Shown here: piece after piece, positions 28,266 to 38,458 of the stretch | How positions within the stretch are numbered: position 1 is the first letter of the stretch | Layout of the letters: each line of letters starts with the position of its first letter | NCBI GenBank assembly: GCA_050014195.1 | Contig: JBEKDT010000011.1 | Span: forward strand, 115,469-179,468 | Direction: 5' to 3' | Source: Desulfomonilia bacterium | GTDB lineage: Bacteria > Desulfobacterota > Desulfomonilia > UBA1062 | DNA: 64,000 nt | The notes under the pieces: generated by a model | Told to the model about the DNA's origin: nothing | Databases searched by the model: none | The model's input: the letters and a program-made list of their open reading frames with translations, nothing else | Program-made: the position numbers and the translations under genes

Positions 28266-29099
28266 TTATGCCTTCCTGAACATCTTTTCCAAGATTTCCC
28301 GGGCACCGGTATGCCCCTGGGACGCCGCCTTCTGGAACCACTCCATGGATTGCCGGTGGTTCTTGGGTGAGCCTTCGCCCCTGCCGTACATAAAGCCTAG
28401 GTTGTACTGGGCATCAGCGTCGTTCTGCTCGGCAGCCAGATGGAACCATTTGAGGGCCTCCTGATAGTCCTTGGCCGCACCTTCGCCATGGTAGTATATA
28501 ATGCCTAAGTTATACTGGGCATCCACATCTCCTGCCTGCGCCTTTATTAAGTATTTCTGAATCTGAGCATCCCCGCCCGAAGGCTGATCCGGGCTATGGT
28601 GTTCTTGCCCGTGTCCTTGGTATTCAGGTGCCTGTTCTTGATGATCCTTAATAGCCTTGGGAGGTTGTATTTCATCTCCGGCCAGATGTTTTTTCTTAAA
28701 GACAGTCCACTTGTCGGCCTCTATAACGGCCGATGCCCTTTCATGCCCCTGGGTGGCAGCCTGCAAATACCAGCGGAATGCCTCTTCGTCGCTATGTTTA
28801 AGACCAGCACCCTTCTCATACATAGTAGCCAGGATAAACTGTGCCTCCGAATGGTCCTGTCCGGCGGCCTTTAAAAACCACTTTGCAGCTTCGTTATCAT
28901 CTCTGCTTACGCCTTTGCCTTCGTAATAGATTTGGCCAAGCCTGAACTGGGAATATACATCACCACGTTCTGCGGCTTCACGTACGCTTTCTATCCGTTC
29001 CGTCTCACCGCCAAGAGCCCTTCTCGAAAAGTACCAGAGTATGAGCACGAGGCCGGCAAAGATTACAATGGCAATAATCAGATCCGTTGATATACCCAT
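28266..29099 (-). CDS. Membrane-anchored Sel1-like repeat protein
   Basis: N-terminal TM followed by repeated AQYNLG..Y..GEG....A.KWF.KAA.Q units. Confidence 0.9.
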   Translation of the reverse strand: MGISTDLIIAIVIFAGLVLILWYFSRRALGGETERIESVREAAERGDVYSQFRLGQIYYEGKGVSRDDNEAAKWFLKAAGQDHSEAQFILATMYEKGAGLKHSDEEAFRWYLQAATQGHERASAVIEADKWTVFKKKHLAGDEIQPPKAIKDHQEQAPEYQGHGQEHHSPDQPSGGDAQIQKYLIKAQAGDVDAQYNLGIIYYHGEGAAKDYQEALKWFHLAAEQNDADAQYNLGFMYGRGEGSPKNHRQSMEWFQKAASQGHTGAREILEKMFRKA

Positions 29100-29129
29100 G
29101 AATAGTCGCTCTTTGGTCTACATCCCTTT

Positions 29130-29579
29130 TCAGATGCGTTCGATGAGCTCCGCGAGTTGTGTATCCGAAAGCAGCTTTTTGGCGAATTTCACATACTTCA
29201 TGACAATGGACCGTATCGCAAGCTGCAGGGCGTAATTCCGTACCGGCTTTTCCAGCAGGTGGCTTACCCCGGTAGCAATGCACATGTCCACTACATCGTC
29301 ACTGGCCATACCGGAGATCATTACCGTATCAAGGTGTGCATTGGGGTATTTCTCGGTAATGGCATCGAGAAAGGCAAAACCATTGCTGTCTTCCACGAAT
29401 ACATCGAGAATGAAGATCATCAGCCCTTTGTCCCGCGAAAGGCAATGAGACAGAGCACTTTTATAATCATTGAATGTAATGATATCACCCCAGGTATAAA
29501 ACTTCCTTATGCTCTCTTCGAGCACCTCACACACATGCTGCTCGTCATCGACAATGACCACATCGAGTCCGTCAGACAT
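29130..29579 (-). CDS. Single-domain response regulator
   Basis: VVIVDDE, ILDVF, ISG and LEKP motifs; GGAGG RBS. Confidence 0.85.
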   Translation of the reverse strand: MSDGLDVVIVDDEQHVCEVLEESIRKFYTWGDIITFNDYKSALSHCLSRDKGLMIFILDVFVEDSNGFAFLDAITEKYPNAHLDTVMISGMASDDVVDMCIATGVSHLLEKPVRNYALQLAIRSIVMKYVKFAKKLLSDTQLAELIERI

Positions 29580-29704
29580 TGCTGCCTCCATTTTTATGTC
29601 ATGATATTATCGGTGCAGGGCACCAGTAAGCATTGAGCTTTTATTTGTTATACAAAACTTTGTATCTGATGACAAATGATTCCGGTATGTGATTCAGGCT
29701 TATT

Positions 29705-29818
29705 GGTGGGTCACTCTTTGATCACCCACCCTACATATTTCAAAACCCAACAGTTTTTGATGTCGTAGGGCCGCTGCTCGTTGTGCCCATCATCGGGCGG
29801 GGCAAGCCCCGCTCCTAC
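29705..29818. repeat. Cluster of three GTAG-type REP-like palindromes
   Basis: GTAGGGTGGGTGATC...GACCCACC on the minus strand at 29705-29734, GTAGGGCC...GTGCCC on the plus strand at 29765-29788, and GTAGGAGCGGGGCTTGCCCCGCCC on the minus strand at 29795-29818. Confidence 0.7.
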
Positions 29819-29859
29819 AAATCTTATTCTGATCACTGACAACTGTTCACTCATCACAT

Positions 29860-30633
29860 CTATAATGCGAGGAGCCCCATGAACCAGACACTTACACCTG
29901 CCAGGGCCAGGAGGTCAGCCCTGCGCACGGCCATCTCTTTCATGCGGGTCCGCCTGATACCGGGCGTATAGCCGCGGAGCGTCAAGGCGGCGGCAAGGTC
30001 ATCCGCCCTCCTGAACACACTGTGCAGCAAGGGCACGAGTACCGGTACAAGGGACCTCACCTTATGCACGAGCCCGGCCGACTCCAGATCGACCCCCCTT
30101 GCCTTCTGGGCCTTGATGATCCGATCGGTCTCTTCAAAGAGCAATGGGATAAAGCGGATGGCAAGCATGACGACCAGCGCGATCTCGTCGGTAGGTACGT
30201 TCATATATTTCAGGGGCTTTAGATACCATTCCAGTGCCCATACCGTATCCAGCGGCGATGTGGTAAGTGTTGTGAGTGTAGAAATCCAGATGGCGATCAT
30301 CAGCTGACAAGCCACGCGTGCCCCGCCCATGAGCCCCTGTTTTGTGGCATAGGGGATCAGAATCGGGTCACCGGGTGTCATGAATACGTGAAGCACGGCG
30401 GTGAATAAAAAGAGCCACAGAAATGGTCGCAATCCTCCTGAGATGTGCTTCAAGGGTATCTTGGAAAGCATGGTGAAGGCAATGCAGGACAGGGTGAAGG
30501 CGATTAAGGCCAAGACATGATGAAGCTGAAAGGTAACGCCGATGGAAAGGCCCATGAGAAAGAGCTTCACACGGGGGTCCAGGTTGTGCACAAAAGAATC
30601 CCGCGGCAGGTATTGCCCCAGGGTCATCCTCAT
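29860..30633 (-). CDS. ecfT: ECF transporter transmembrane T component
   Basis: GQYLPRDSFVHNLDPRVK, LAIRFIPLL and AQKARG motifs. Confidence 0.9.
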   Translation of the reverse strand: MRMTLGQYLPRDSFVHNLDPRVKLFLMGLSIGVTFQLHHVLALIAFTLSCIAFTMLSKIPLKHISGGLRPFLWLFLFTAVLHVFMTPGDPILIPYATKQGLMGGARVACQLMIAIWISTLTTLTTSPLDTVWALEWYLKPLKYMNVPTDEIALVVMLAIRFIPLLFEETDRIIKAQKARGVDLESAGLVHKVRSLVPVLVPLLHSVFRRADDLAAALTLRGYTPGIRRTRMKEMAVRRADLLALAGVSVWFMGLLAL

Positions 30634-30752
30634 GGCATTCTCGATTTCATGCTGTTGTCCTTATATATAGAGCTCGTCAGCTAATAATTTTACAGGTTCT
30701 TCTCCGTGAAGCATACTTTTATAGTTTGCATCCTTTTTACAACCCATTGTTC

Positions 30753-30946
30753 TCACCACGAAGGACTCGAAGAGCACGAAGAAGATCTAAAAAATGCAGA
30801 ACAGACAATCATGGGTTCTTTGAACCGGTCCACTATTTCAAAAGGTTTCCTTTCTTCGTGCTCTTCGTGGTGAAGGACTTCTATGTCTGCTCAAATCCCA
30901 AGCTCATTTTGGTTGCGGCTAAGCTGCGCTAAGCTCTTCGTGGTGA
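30753..30946. repeat. Inverted arrays of a 9-mer (CACGAAGAG-like) with a third partial arm
   Basis: TCACCACGAAGGACTCGAAGAGCACGAAGAA (30753-30783), TTCTTCGTGCTCTTCGTGGTGA (30852-30873) and GCTCTTCGTGGTGA (30933-30946). Confidence 0.8.
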
Positions 30947-31005
30947 TATATCCCTTCTGTGTGCTCTTCAATGATCTTAAGTATGCTTTACTGTGATGAA
31001 CCATT

Positions 31006-32007
31006 TTACAATAGGTGCTCTGCGATCTGAACCGCATTGAGGGCAGCGCCTTTTCGGGTATTGTCGCACACGGTCCACAGGGCAATGCCGTTTTCGAAAG
31101 AAAGATCCTGCCTGATCCTGCCGACTAGACACTCGTCACTGCCGACTGCATGGACGGGGGTGGGATAGGTATTGCTTGCAGGCTCATCCTCAACCTGCAC
31201 TCCTTTTGACCGGCCAAGGATCTCTCTAATCTCCCTTGGCGAGATCTTCCGGGCCGTCTCGAAATTCACCGAGGCGCCATGGGAATAGAACACGGGTACA
31301 CGAACACTCGTTGCACAGATGCGAAGCCCTTGGTCCTCGAAGATCTTTTTTGTTTCAGCCATGATGGAGTGCTCTTCTTCAGTGTATGCATCTTGGGTGA
31401 AGGCGCCCACATGGGGCAATGCATTGAAGGCGATCTGATGAGGATAGGCCGCACAGAACACCTCTTTGAAACTGAAAAGATCTCTTACCTGAGAGGTAAG
31501 TTCCTCCAATGCCCGCTCCCCGCTATCGGATACAGATTGATAGGTGGATACGACAATCCGCTTGATACGTGCTGCCCTACTGATGGGAACCAGCGGTAAA
31601 ACCAGCTGAATAGTGGCACTACGGGGATTGGCAATGATCCCCTGATGATCTTTTATCTTTTCGGCATTAATCTCCGGGACGATGAGCGGCACCGATTCCT
31701 GCAGGGCAAAGCGGGAGGTAAGGTCAATGGCGACAGCCCCGGATGCCTTTGCACGTCCGGCAAATTCAGCGCACATTGCCTTGTCCGAAATGAAAAACAC
31801 GATCTCCACGCCCTTGAAGGACAGGTCCTCGATCTGCTTAACCGGGATTTCTTCGCCACGAAATTCCAACCTGGTCCCTATGGTCCGCTTGCCCCCGAGC
31901 AGGACCAGGTCTTTAACGGGAAAATCCCGCTCTTCAAGGATCTTGATGAGCTCGCCTCCGATTAAATCCGTGGGCTCCACCACGGCAATCTTCAGGCCGG
32001 ACGGCAT
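31006..32007 (-). CDS. Aspartate-semialdehyde dehydrogenase homolog, catalytically degenerate (Usg-like)
   Basis: Asd fold motifs VPLIVPEIN, STYQSVS, IAFNALP, VRVPVF, VGRIR and DNTRKGAALNAVQIAE are present. The expected NPNC is NPRS and the expected GATG is EPTD. Confidence 0.85.
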   Translation of the reverse strand: MPSGLKIAVVEPTDLIGGELIKILEERDFPVKDLVLLGGKRTIGTRLEFRGEEIPVKQIEDLSFKGVEIVFFISDKAMCAEFAGRAKASGAVAIDLTSRFALQESVPLIVPEINAEKIKDHQGIIANPRSATIQLVLPLVPISRAARIKRIVVSTYQSVSDSGERALEELTSQVRDLFSFKEVFCAAYPHQIAFNALPHVGAFTQDAYTEEEHSIMAETKKIFEDQGLRICATSVRVPVFYSHGASVNFETARKISPREIREILGRSKGVQVEDEPASNTYPTPVHAVGSDECLVGRIRQDLSFENGIALWTVCDNTRKGAALNAVQIAEHLL

Positions 32008-32074
32008 GTGCTGCCCCCAAAGGTTATCGGGCTAAGGGTTGTTTTTCGTGACATGGGTTATATGCATCAAGGGC

Positions 32075-32569
32075 CTAGATGCTCCCCCGCTTTTTGATAT
32101 GCTCCATCAGCCCTCCGTCGGCGATGAGCTCCTGCATGAATACAGGGATGGGTCGGGCCTGGAATTGTTTGCCTGAAGTCAGGTCTTTGATAAGGCCGCT
32201 GTCGGCATCCACCTCTACGTCGTCTCCCTCGATAATAGCTTCTGAGGCCTCATCCGACTCGAAGATGGGAAGCCCCATGTTGAAGCTGTTCCGGAAAAAG
32301 ATACGTGCAAAACTTGAAGCTACTATACAGCTGACACCGCTCGCCTTGATGGCAATGGGCGCATGCTCCCGCGACGAGCCGCACCCGAAGTTCTTGCCTG
32401 CAACAATGATGTCGCCCGGCTTGACCTTACCCGGAAACTCCGGGTCGGCATCCTCCATGCAGTGTTTCTTCAACACGTCAGGGTCGGAGGTGCTCAAGTA
32501 ACGGGCAGGGATGATGGCGTCGGTATCCACGTCGTTGCCGAATTTATATGCCATGCCCTTGAAGATCAT
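32075..32569 (-). CDS. leuD: 3-isopropylmalate dehydratase small subunit
   Basis: DVDTDAIIPARYL, NFGCGSSREHAP and FARIFFRN motifs. Confidence 0.95.
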   Translation of the reverse strand: MIFKGMAYKFGNDVDTDAIIPARYLSTSDPDVLKKHCMEDADPEFPGKVKPGDIIVAGKNFGCGSSREHAPIAIKASGVSCIVASSFARIFFRNSFNMGLPIFESDEASEAIIEGDDVEVDADSGLIKDLTSGKQFQARPIPVFMQELIADGGLMEHIKKRGSI

Positions 32570-33831
32570 TTCACCACCTCCTGCGGAGCGGAGATCTTGC
32601 CTATGACGGCCGATGCGGCTGCAACGGCGGGTCCGCAGAGGTAGACCTCGCTTCCAGGGTCTCCCATCCTGCCCACAAAGTTACGGTTTGTAGTGGACAG
32701 CGCTCGCTCACCTTTGGCGAGGATGCCCATGTGTCCACCCAGGCACGGGCCACACGTGGGCGGACCTATGATGGAGCCTGCCTGGAGGAATGTTTCGATA
32801 AGACCTTCAGCCAAAGCCTGGCGGAACACCTCGGGCGTTGCCGGCAGGATCAGGCATCGCAAGCCCTTTTTCACCTTGTTGCCCTTCATGATTTCCGCAG
32901 CAATGCGCAAATCTTCAATGCGTCCATTGGTGCATGATCCGATGACCACCTGGTCGATCTTCACATCACCTGCCTCGCTGACGCCTTTTGTATTCTCGGG
33001 CAGGTGGGGGAAAGCGATCTGGGGCTCAATGTTCTCACAATCAAAGACCGTTACCGACTCATAGACCGCATCTTTATCGCTTGTATAAATCGTATAAGGC
33101 CTCTTGGCGCGCGGTTTAATATAGCTTTGCGTCTTTGCATCCGCTTCTATGATGCCCGCCTTGGCCCCTGCCTCGATGGCCATGTTGGACATGCTCAAGC
33201 GGTCGGAGAGTGTCAGCGCAGAGACGGCAGTCCCCTCCATTTCCATGACCCGGTACAGGGCGCCGTCTACGCCTATCTTGCCGATGAGATACAGGATAAG
33301 GTCCTTGCCGCCCACCCATGGCAGTAGCTTTCCATTAAAGACAAACTTCATGGTCCGGGGGACCTTTATCCATGCCTGGCCTGTCATCATGGCTGCGGCC
33401 AGGTCCGTGCTGCCGACCCCTGTAGCAAAGGCGCCCAAGGCCCCATAGGTGCAGGTGTGGCTGTCGGCGCCGATGATAAGATCGCCCGGCAGCACAAGCC
33501 CCTTCTCGGGGAGCAGTGCATGCTCGACCCCTGCCTCGCCTCCGTCAAAAAATTTATCAATTGCCTGCTGCAGCGCAAAGTCGCGCACATACTTGCACTG
33601 GTTGGCGGATGCAATGTCCTTATTGGGCGTGAAGTGGTCGAGTACGAATATGACCTTGTCAGCATGCGTGATTTTCTCTATACCGCTTTCCTTGACCGCC
33701 TGGATGGCGATGGGTGCCGTGATGTCGTTGGCCAAGGCCACATCCACGTCCACCTTGATGATGTCTCCCGGCTGGAAGCTTGAATCCTTCGTATGTGCAG
33801 CCAGGATCTTTTCTGCAATGGTCTTTCCCAC
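32566..33831 (-). CDS. leuC: 3-isopropylmalate dehydratase large subunit
   Basis: GADSHTCTYGA, GSCTNGR, CGPCLG and STTNRNF motifs. Confidence 0.95.
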   Translation of the reverse strand: MGKTIAEKILAAHTKDSSFQPGDIIKVDVDVALANDITAPIAIQAVKESGIEKITHADKVIFVLDHFTPNKDIASANQCKYVRDFALQQAIDKFFDGGEAGVEHALLPEKGLVLPGDLIIGADSHTCTYGALGAFATGVGSTDLAAAMMTGQAWIKVPRTMKFVFNGKLLPWVGGKDLILYLIGKIGVDGALYRVMEMEGTAVSALTLSDRLSMSNMAIEAGAKAGIIEADAKTQSYIKPRAKRPYTIYTSDKDAVYESVTVFDCENIEPQIAFPHLPENTKGVSEAGDVKIDQVVIGSCTNGRIEDLRIAAEIMKGNKVKKGLRCLILPATPEVFRQALAEGLIETFLQAGSIIGPPTCGPCLGGHMGILAKGERALSTTNRNFVGRMGDPGSEVYLCGPAVAAASAVIGKISAPQEVVK

Positions 33832-33843
33832 GGGTAATGTCTC

Positions 33844-35391
33844 CTACAGGTTCGGAGCTTCTGAGAGCTTTTTATTCTTGAGGAACTCCATGCGGTTCAT
33901 GGCATTTACAAGCGCCCGGGCGCAGGCCACCAGTATATCCGGGTCAGAACCCTGGCCTACCGATATACTGCCCTTGTCCTGGAGTTCGATGGTCACCTCG
34001 CCCTGGGCGTCGGTTCCCCCTGTTATCGCCTTAATCGTAAAGCTCTTGAGCTCCGCATTGAACCCGGTCATCCTGATGATGGTCTTGTACAGGGCGTCCA
34101 CCGGACCGTTTCCGAACCCGGCCTCCTGCACCACCTTGTTGTCTATGGCAAGCTGGACCGTGGCCACAGGGACTGCAAGGGTACCTGAACTCACATTGAT
34201 ATGCTTGAGCACATACTTGTCGGGCACGCGGTATATCTCTTCCAGAACGATGGCCTCGATATCCTCGTCGAAGATCTCCTTCTTTCTGTCTGCTATCTCC
34301 TTGAAGCGCTTGAAGACCTTCTTGATGTCCTTTTCATCCAGCCGGTACCCGAGCAGCTCGAGGCGCTTAGCAAGCGCATGCTTTCCCGAGTGCTTGCCCA
34401 GCACGAGGTGCGACATGCCGAGTCCTACGGCCTCGGGGGTCATGATTTCATAGGTGGAGGGCTCCTTGAGGAAACCGTCCTGGTGGATGCCCGCTTCATG
34501 GGCAAAGGCATTGGCACCCACGATGGCCTTGTTGGGCTGCACCGGTATGCCGGTGATGTGGGTAACGAGCCTGCTCGTGGGAAAGATCTGGGTGGTATCG
34601 ATGTTGGTGGTGACGTTGTAGAGGTCCTTCCTCACATTGAGGATCATGACCGTCTCTTCGAGGGAGGTATTGCCGGCACGCTCTCCGATACCGTTGATGG
34701 TGCACTCGATCTGCCGGGCACCGGCAAGCACCGCCGAGATGGAATTGGCCGTGGCAAGTCCGAGGTCGTTGTGGCAGTGCACACTGATCACTGCCTTGTC
34801 GATATCCTTTACCTTCTTCTTCAGATGGCTGATGAGATTGAAGAATTCCTGGGGATTGGTATAGCCCACGGTGTCCGGGACATTGATGGTATTGGCTCCG
34901 GCGGCGATGGCCACGGTATAGACATCCGCCAGGAAGTCCCAGTCGGACCGGGTAGCGTCTTCGGCCGAGAACTCGACACTGTTTGTGAAAGACTTGCAGA
35001 GGGATACCGAGTTCCGGACGGATGCGAGCACCTCGTTCCTGTTCATGCGCAGCTTGTACTTCATGTGTATGTCGGAGGTGGCGATGAAGGTGTGCAGGCC
35101 CGGCATCTTCGCATCCCTTACGGCTTCCCAGGCGGTCTTGATGTCTTCATCCCGGGCCCGGCACAGGCCGATGATGATAGACCTGCTTACTTCTTCCGCT
35201 ACTGCCTGAACGGCATCGAAATCCCCTGGAGAAGATACGGGAAAGCCCGCTTCAATCTTGTCCACGCCAAGGATTTCGAGCTGCTTGGCCACCAGCACCT
35301 TTTCATGTACATCCATACTGGCGCCCGGCGACTGCTCACCGTCGCGCAGTGTCGTGTCAAATATGATTATCTTGTCCTGAGTAGCCTTCAT
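33844..35391 (-). CDS. leuA: 2-isopropylmalate synthase
   Basis: FDTTLRDGEQ, HCHNDLG, GERAGN, HEAGIHQDG and a regulatory domain with GNGPVDA. Confidence 0.96.
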   Translation of the reverse strand: MKATQDKIIIFDTTLRDGEQSPGASMDVHEKVLVAKQLEILGVDKIEAGFPVSSPGDFDAVQAVAEEVSRSIIIGLCRARDEDIKTAWEAVRDAKMPGLHTFIATSDIHMKYKLRMNRNEVLASVRNSVSLCKSFTNSVEFSAEDATRSDWDFLADVYTVAIAAGANTINVPDTVGYTNPQEFFNLISHLKKKVKDIDKAVISVHCHNDLGLATANSISAVLAGARQIECTINGIGERAGNTSLEETVMILNVRKDLYNVTTNIDTTQIFPTSRLVTHITGIPVQPNKAIVGANAFAHEAGIHQDGFLKEPSTYEIMTPEAVGLGMSHLVLGKHSGKHALAKRLELLGYRLDEKDIKKVFKRFKEIADRKKEIFDEDIEAIVLEEIYRVPDKYVLKHINVSSGTLAVPVATVQLAIDNKVVQEAGFGNGPVDALYKTIIRMTGFNAELKSFTIKAITGGTDAQGEVTIELQDKGSISVGQGSDPDILVACARALVNAMNRMEFLKNKKLSEAPNL

Positions 35392-36178
35392 GTGAGCCTT
35401 CCTTTATCTCTTTCTTCCCTTTCCTGGCCTGAATGAGATAAACCAAACCGCTCCATATCGCCCCTCCTACAATGAATGTAAGGGCCAGGACGAAGAGCAT
35501 GAGCTCCGGAGCGAGTGCCACCACCACGAGCAACAGGACCCCTGCGACCAGCAGTTGGAACGGGTGCGCCTTGATGTAGCTGATGTGCTTAAAGCTCGGA
35601 TAGGGGATGCTGCTCACCATCAGAAATGAGAGTACGTACACCACTATGAGAATAGCTATGGGCGCCAGTGGTTGTATCGGGATGAAAAAATCCGCGATCT
35701 CCTCGGTGAGCAGGTAGGTGCTGGTCATCCCTGCAGCGGCCATAGGTATGGGTAGCCCGGTAAAATGTGTCATGGAGCCCGATGTATCGACGTTGAACCT
35801 TGCAAGTCTTAAAGCGCCGCAGGCCACATAAAGAAAGGTTGCTATGAAGCCGAGCCTGCCGAACGCACTGAGCTGCCAGATATATACCATCATGGCAGGT
35901 GCCACGCCGAAAGCAACCAGATCCGAGAGTGAGTCGTATTGCTTGCCGAACTCTGAGGTCGTGCCCGTCATCCGCGCCACTCTACCGTCGAGACCATCTA
36001 TGAACCCGGCGATAAGGATAAGGATGGCTGCCCAGTGAAAATCTTTCTTCAAAGAGAACATGATAGAGTAAAAGCCGCAGAACAGGCTCATGGTGGTGAT
36101 GAAATTAGGCAGAAACGGCACGGACCTTTTGTGTTTTTCGACTCCTGCCGTGTCACGTTTTCTTCTCAACGGTCTCAT
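35357..36178 (-). CDS. pssA: CDP-diacylglycerol--serine O-phosphatidyltransferase
   Basis: DGLDGRVAR...FGKQYDSLSDLVAFG and ALRLARFN motifs. Confidence 0.94.
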   Translation of the reverse strand: MRPLRRKRDTAGVEKHKRSVPFLPNFITTMSLFCGFYSIMFSLKKDFHWAAILILIAGFIDGLDGRVARMTGTTSEFGKQYDSLSDLVAFGVAPAMMVYIWQLSAFGRLGFIATFLYVACGALRLARFNVDTSGSMTHFTGLPIPMAAAGMTSTYLLTEEIADFFIPIQPLAPIAILIVVYVLSFLMVSSIPYPSFKHISYIKAHPFQLLVAGVLLLVVVALAPELMLFVLALTFIVGGAIWSGLVYLIQARKGKKEIKEGSHEGYSGQDNHI

Positions 36179-36821
36179 GGGTCCTCCTTCCGATCACACT
36201 GGATCCGGCATGAACCTTTTGGCCCTTCTCACAGGTTGCGGTATATCCTCTGGGGAGATAGCATTCAAGCAGCGATCCGAACCTGATGAGGCCGATCTTT
36301 TCGCCCTGCTCCACTCTTTTCCCCGGTACGAGCCAGCTGATGATCCTCCGGGCTATGAGCCCGGCCACCTGATCGATCCGGAATATGCCGTAGCCGGAAT
36401 CGATATAGCTGATCATCCGCTCATTTGCTTCGGTCTTCTTGCCAAGGCTGGCAACGCGGAACGTCCCGGGCTTGTAGAATACATCGAGGACCGTGCCGGA
36501 TATGGGTGCACGGTTTACGTGTACACTGAAGACCGACATGAAGACAGCCACCTTGGTGCAAGGCCCGATCTTGCTCTCTTCGGTCTCGAAGACTTCGAGT
36601 ACCGTCCCGTCGGCAGGAGAGACCACGAGTCCTTCCCCTGCGGGCACGGCACGTTCCGGATCCCGGAAGAACCAGGTGACGAACAGCACCGGTAGGGACC
36701 CCAGGATACGCAGCACAAGGCCCCCGGTCAGGAAAAAAAACCCGAAGAGTGCAGAGGCCATGACTATGAACGGAAAGCCTTCTTTCCGGATGTTCACCTT
36801 TTGCTTCCCCGTATCTCTCAC
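36153..36821 (-). CDS. psd: Phosphatidylserine decarboxylase
   Basis: FFRDPER, SPADG, HVNRAP, QVAGLIARRI and the self-cleavage motif RFGS. Confidence 0.93.
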   Translation of the reverse strand: MRDTGKQKVNIRKEGFPFIVMASALFGFFFLTGGLVLRILGSLPVLFVTWFFRDPERAVPAGEGLVVSPADGTVLEVFETEESKIGPCTKVAVFMSVFSVHVNRAPISGTVLDVFYKPGTFRVASLGKKTEANERMISYIDSGYGIFRIDQVAGLIARRIISWLVPGKRVEQGEKIGLIRFGSLLECYLPRGYTATCEKGQKVHAGSSVIGRRTHETVEKKT

Positions 36822-36908
36822 GGTTTTTTAGGAGGGTTACACCTCAGCTCCACCCACCCTGCTATCCACTTGTCGTGATCCGCTTATACTCTCCCCAACA
36901 TACGTTCA

Positions 36909-36930
36909 TCGCGGCTAAAGCCGCTCGTAG
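36909..36930 (-). repeat. Single REP-like palindrome
   Basis: The minus strand reads CTACGAGCGGCTTTAGCCGCGA, close to GTAG-family REPs. Confidence 0.55.
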
Positions 36931-36936
36931 AAAATC

Positions 36937-38450
<1,514 letters not shown>

Positions 38451-38458
38451 GAGCTACC

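Noticed and set aside
33449-35436. Long plus-strand ORFs (334 and 411 aa), and similar ones at 849-1667 and 37021-37956
   Set aside because: They are antisense shadows of well-supported genes (leuC/leuA, the regulator, ilvC) and show no recognisable motifs.
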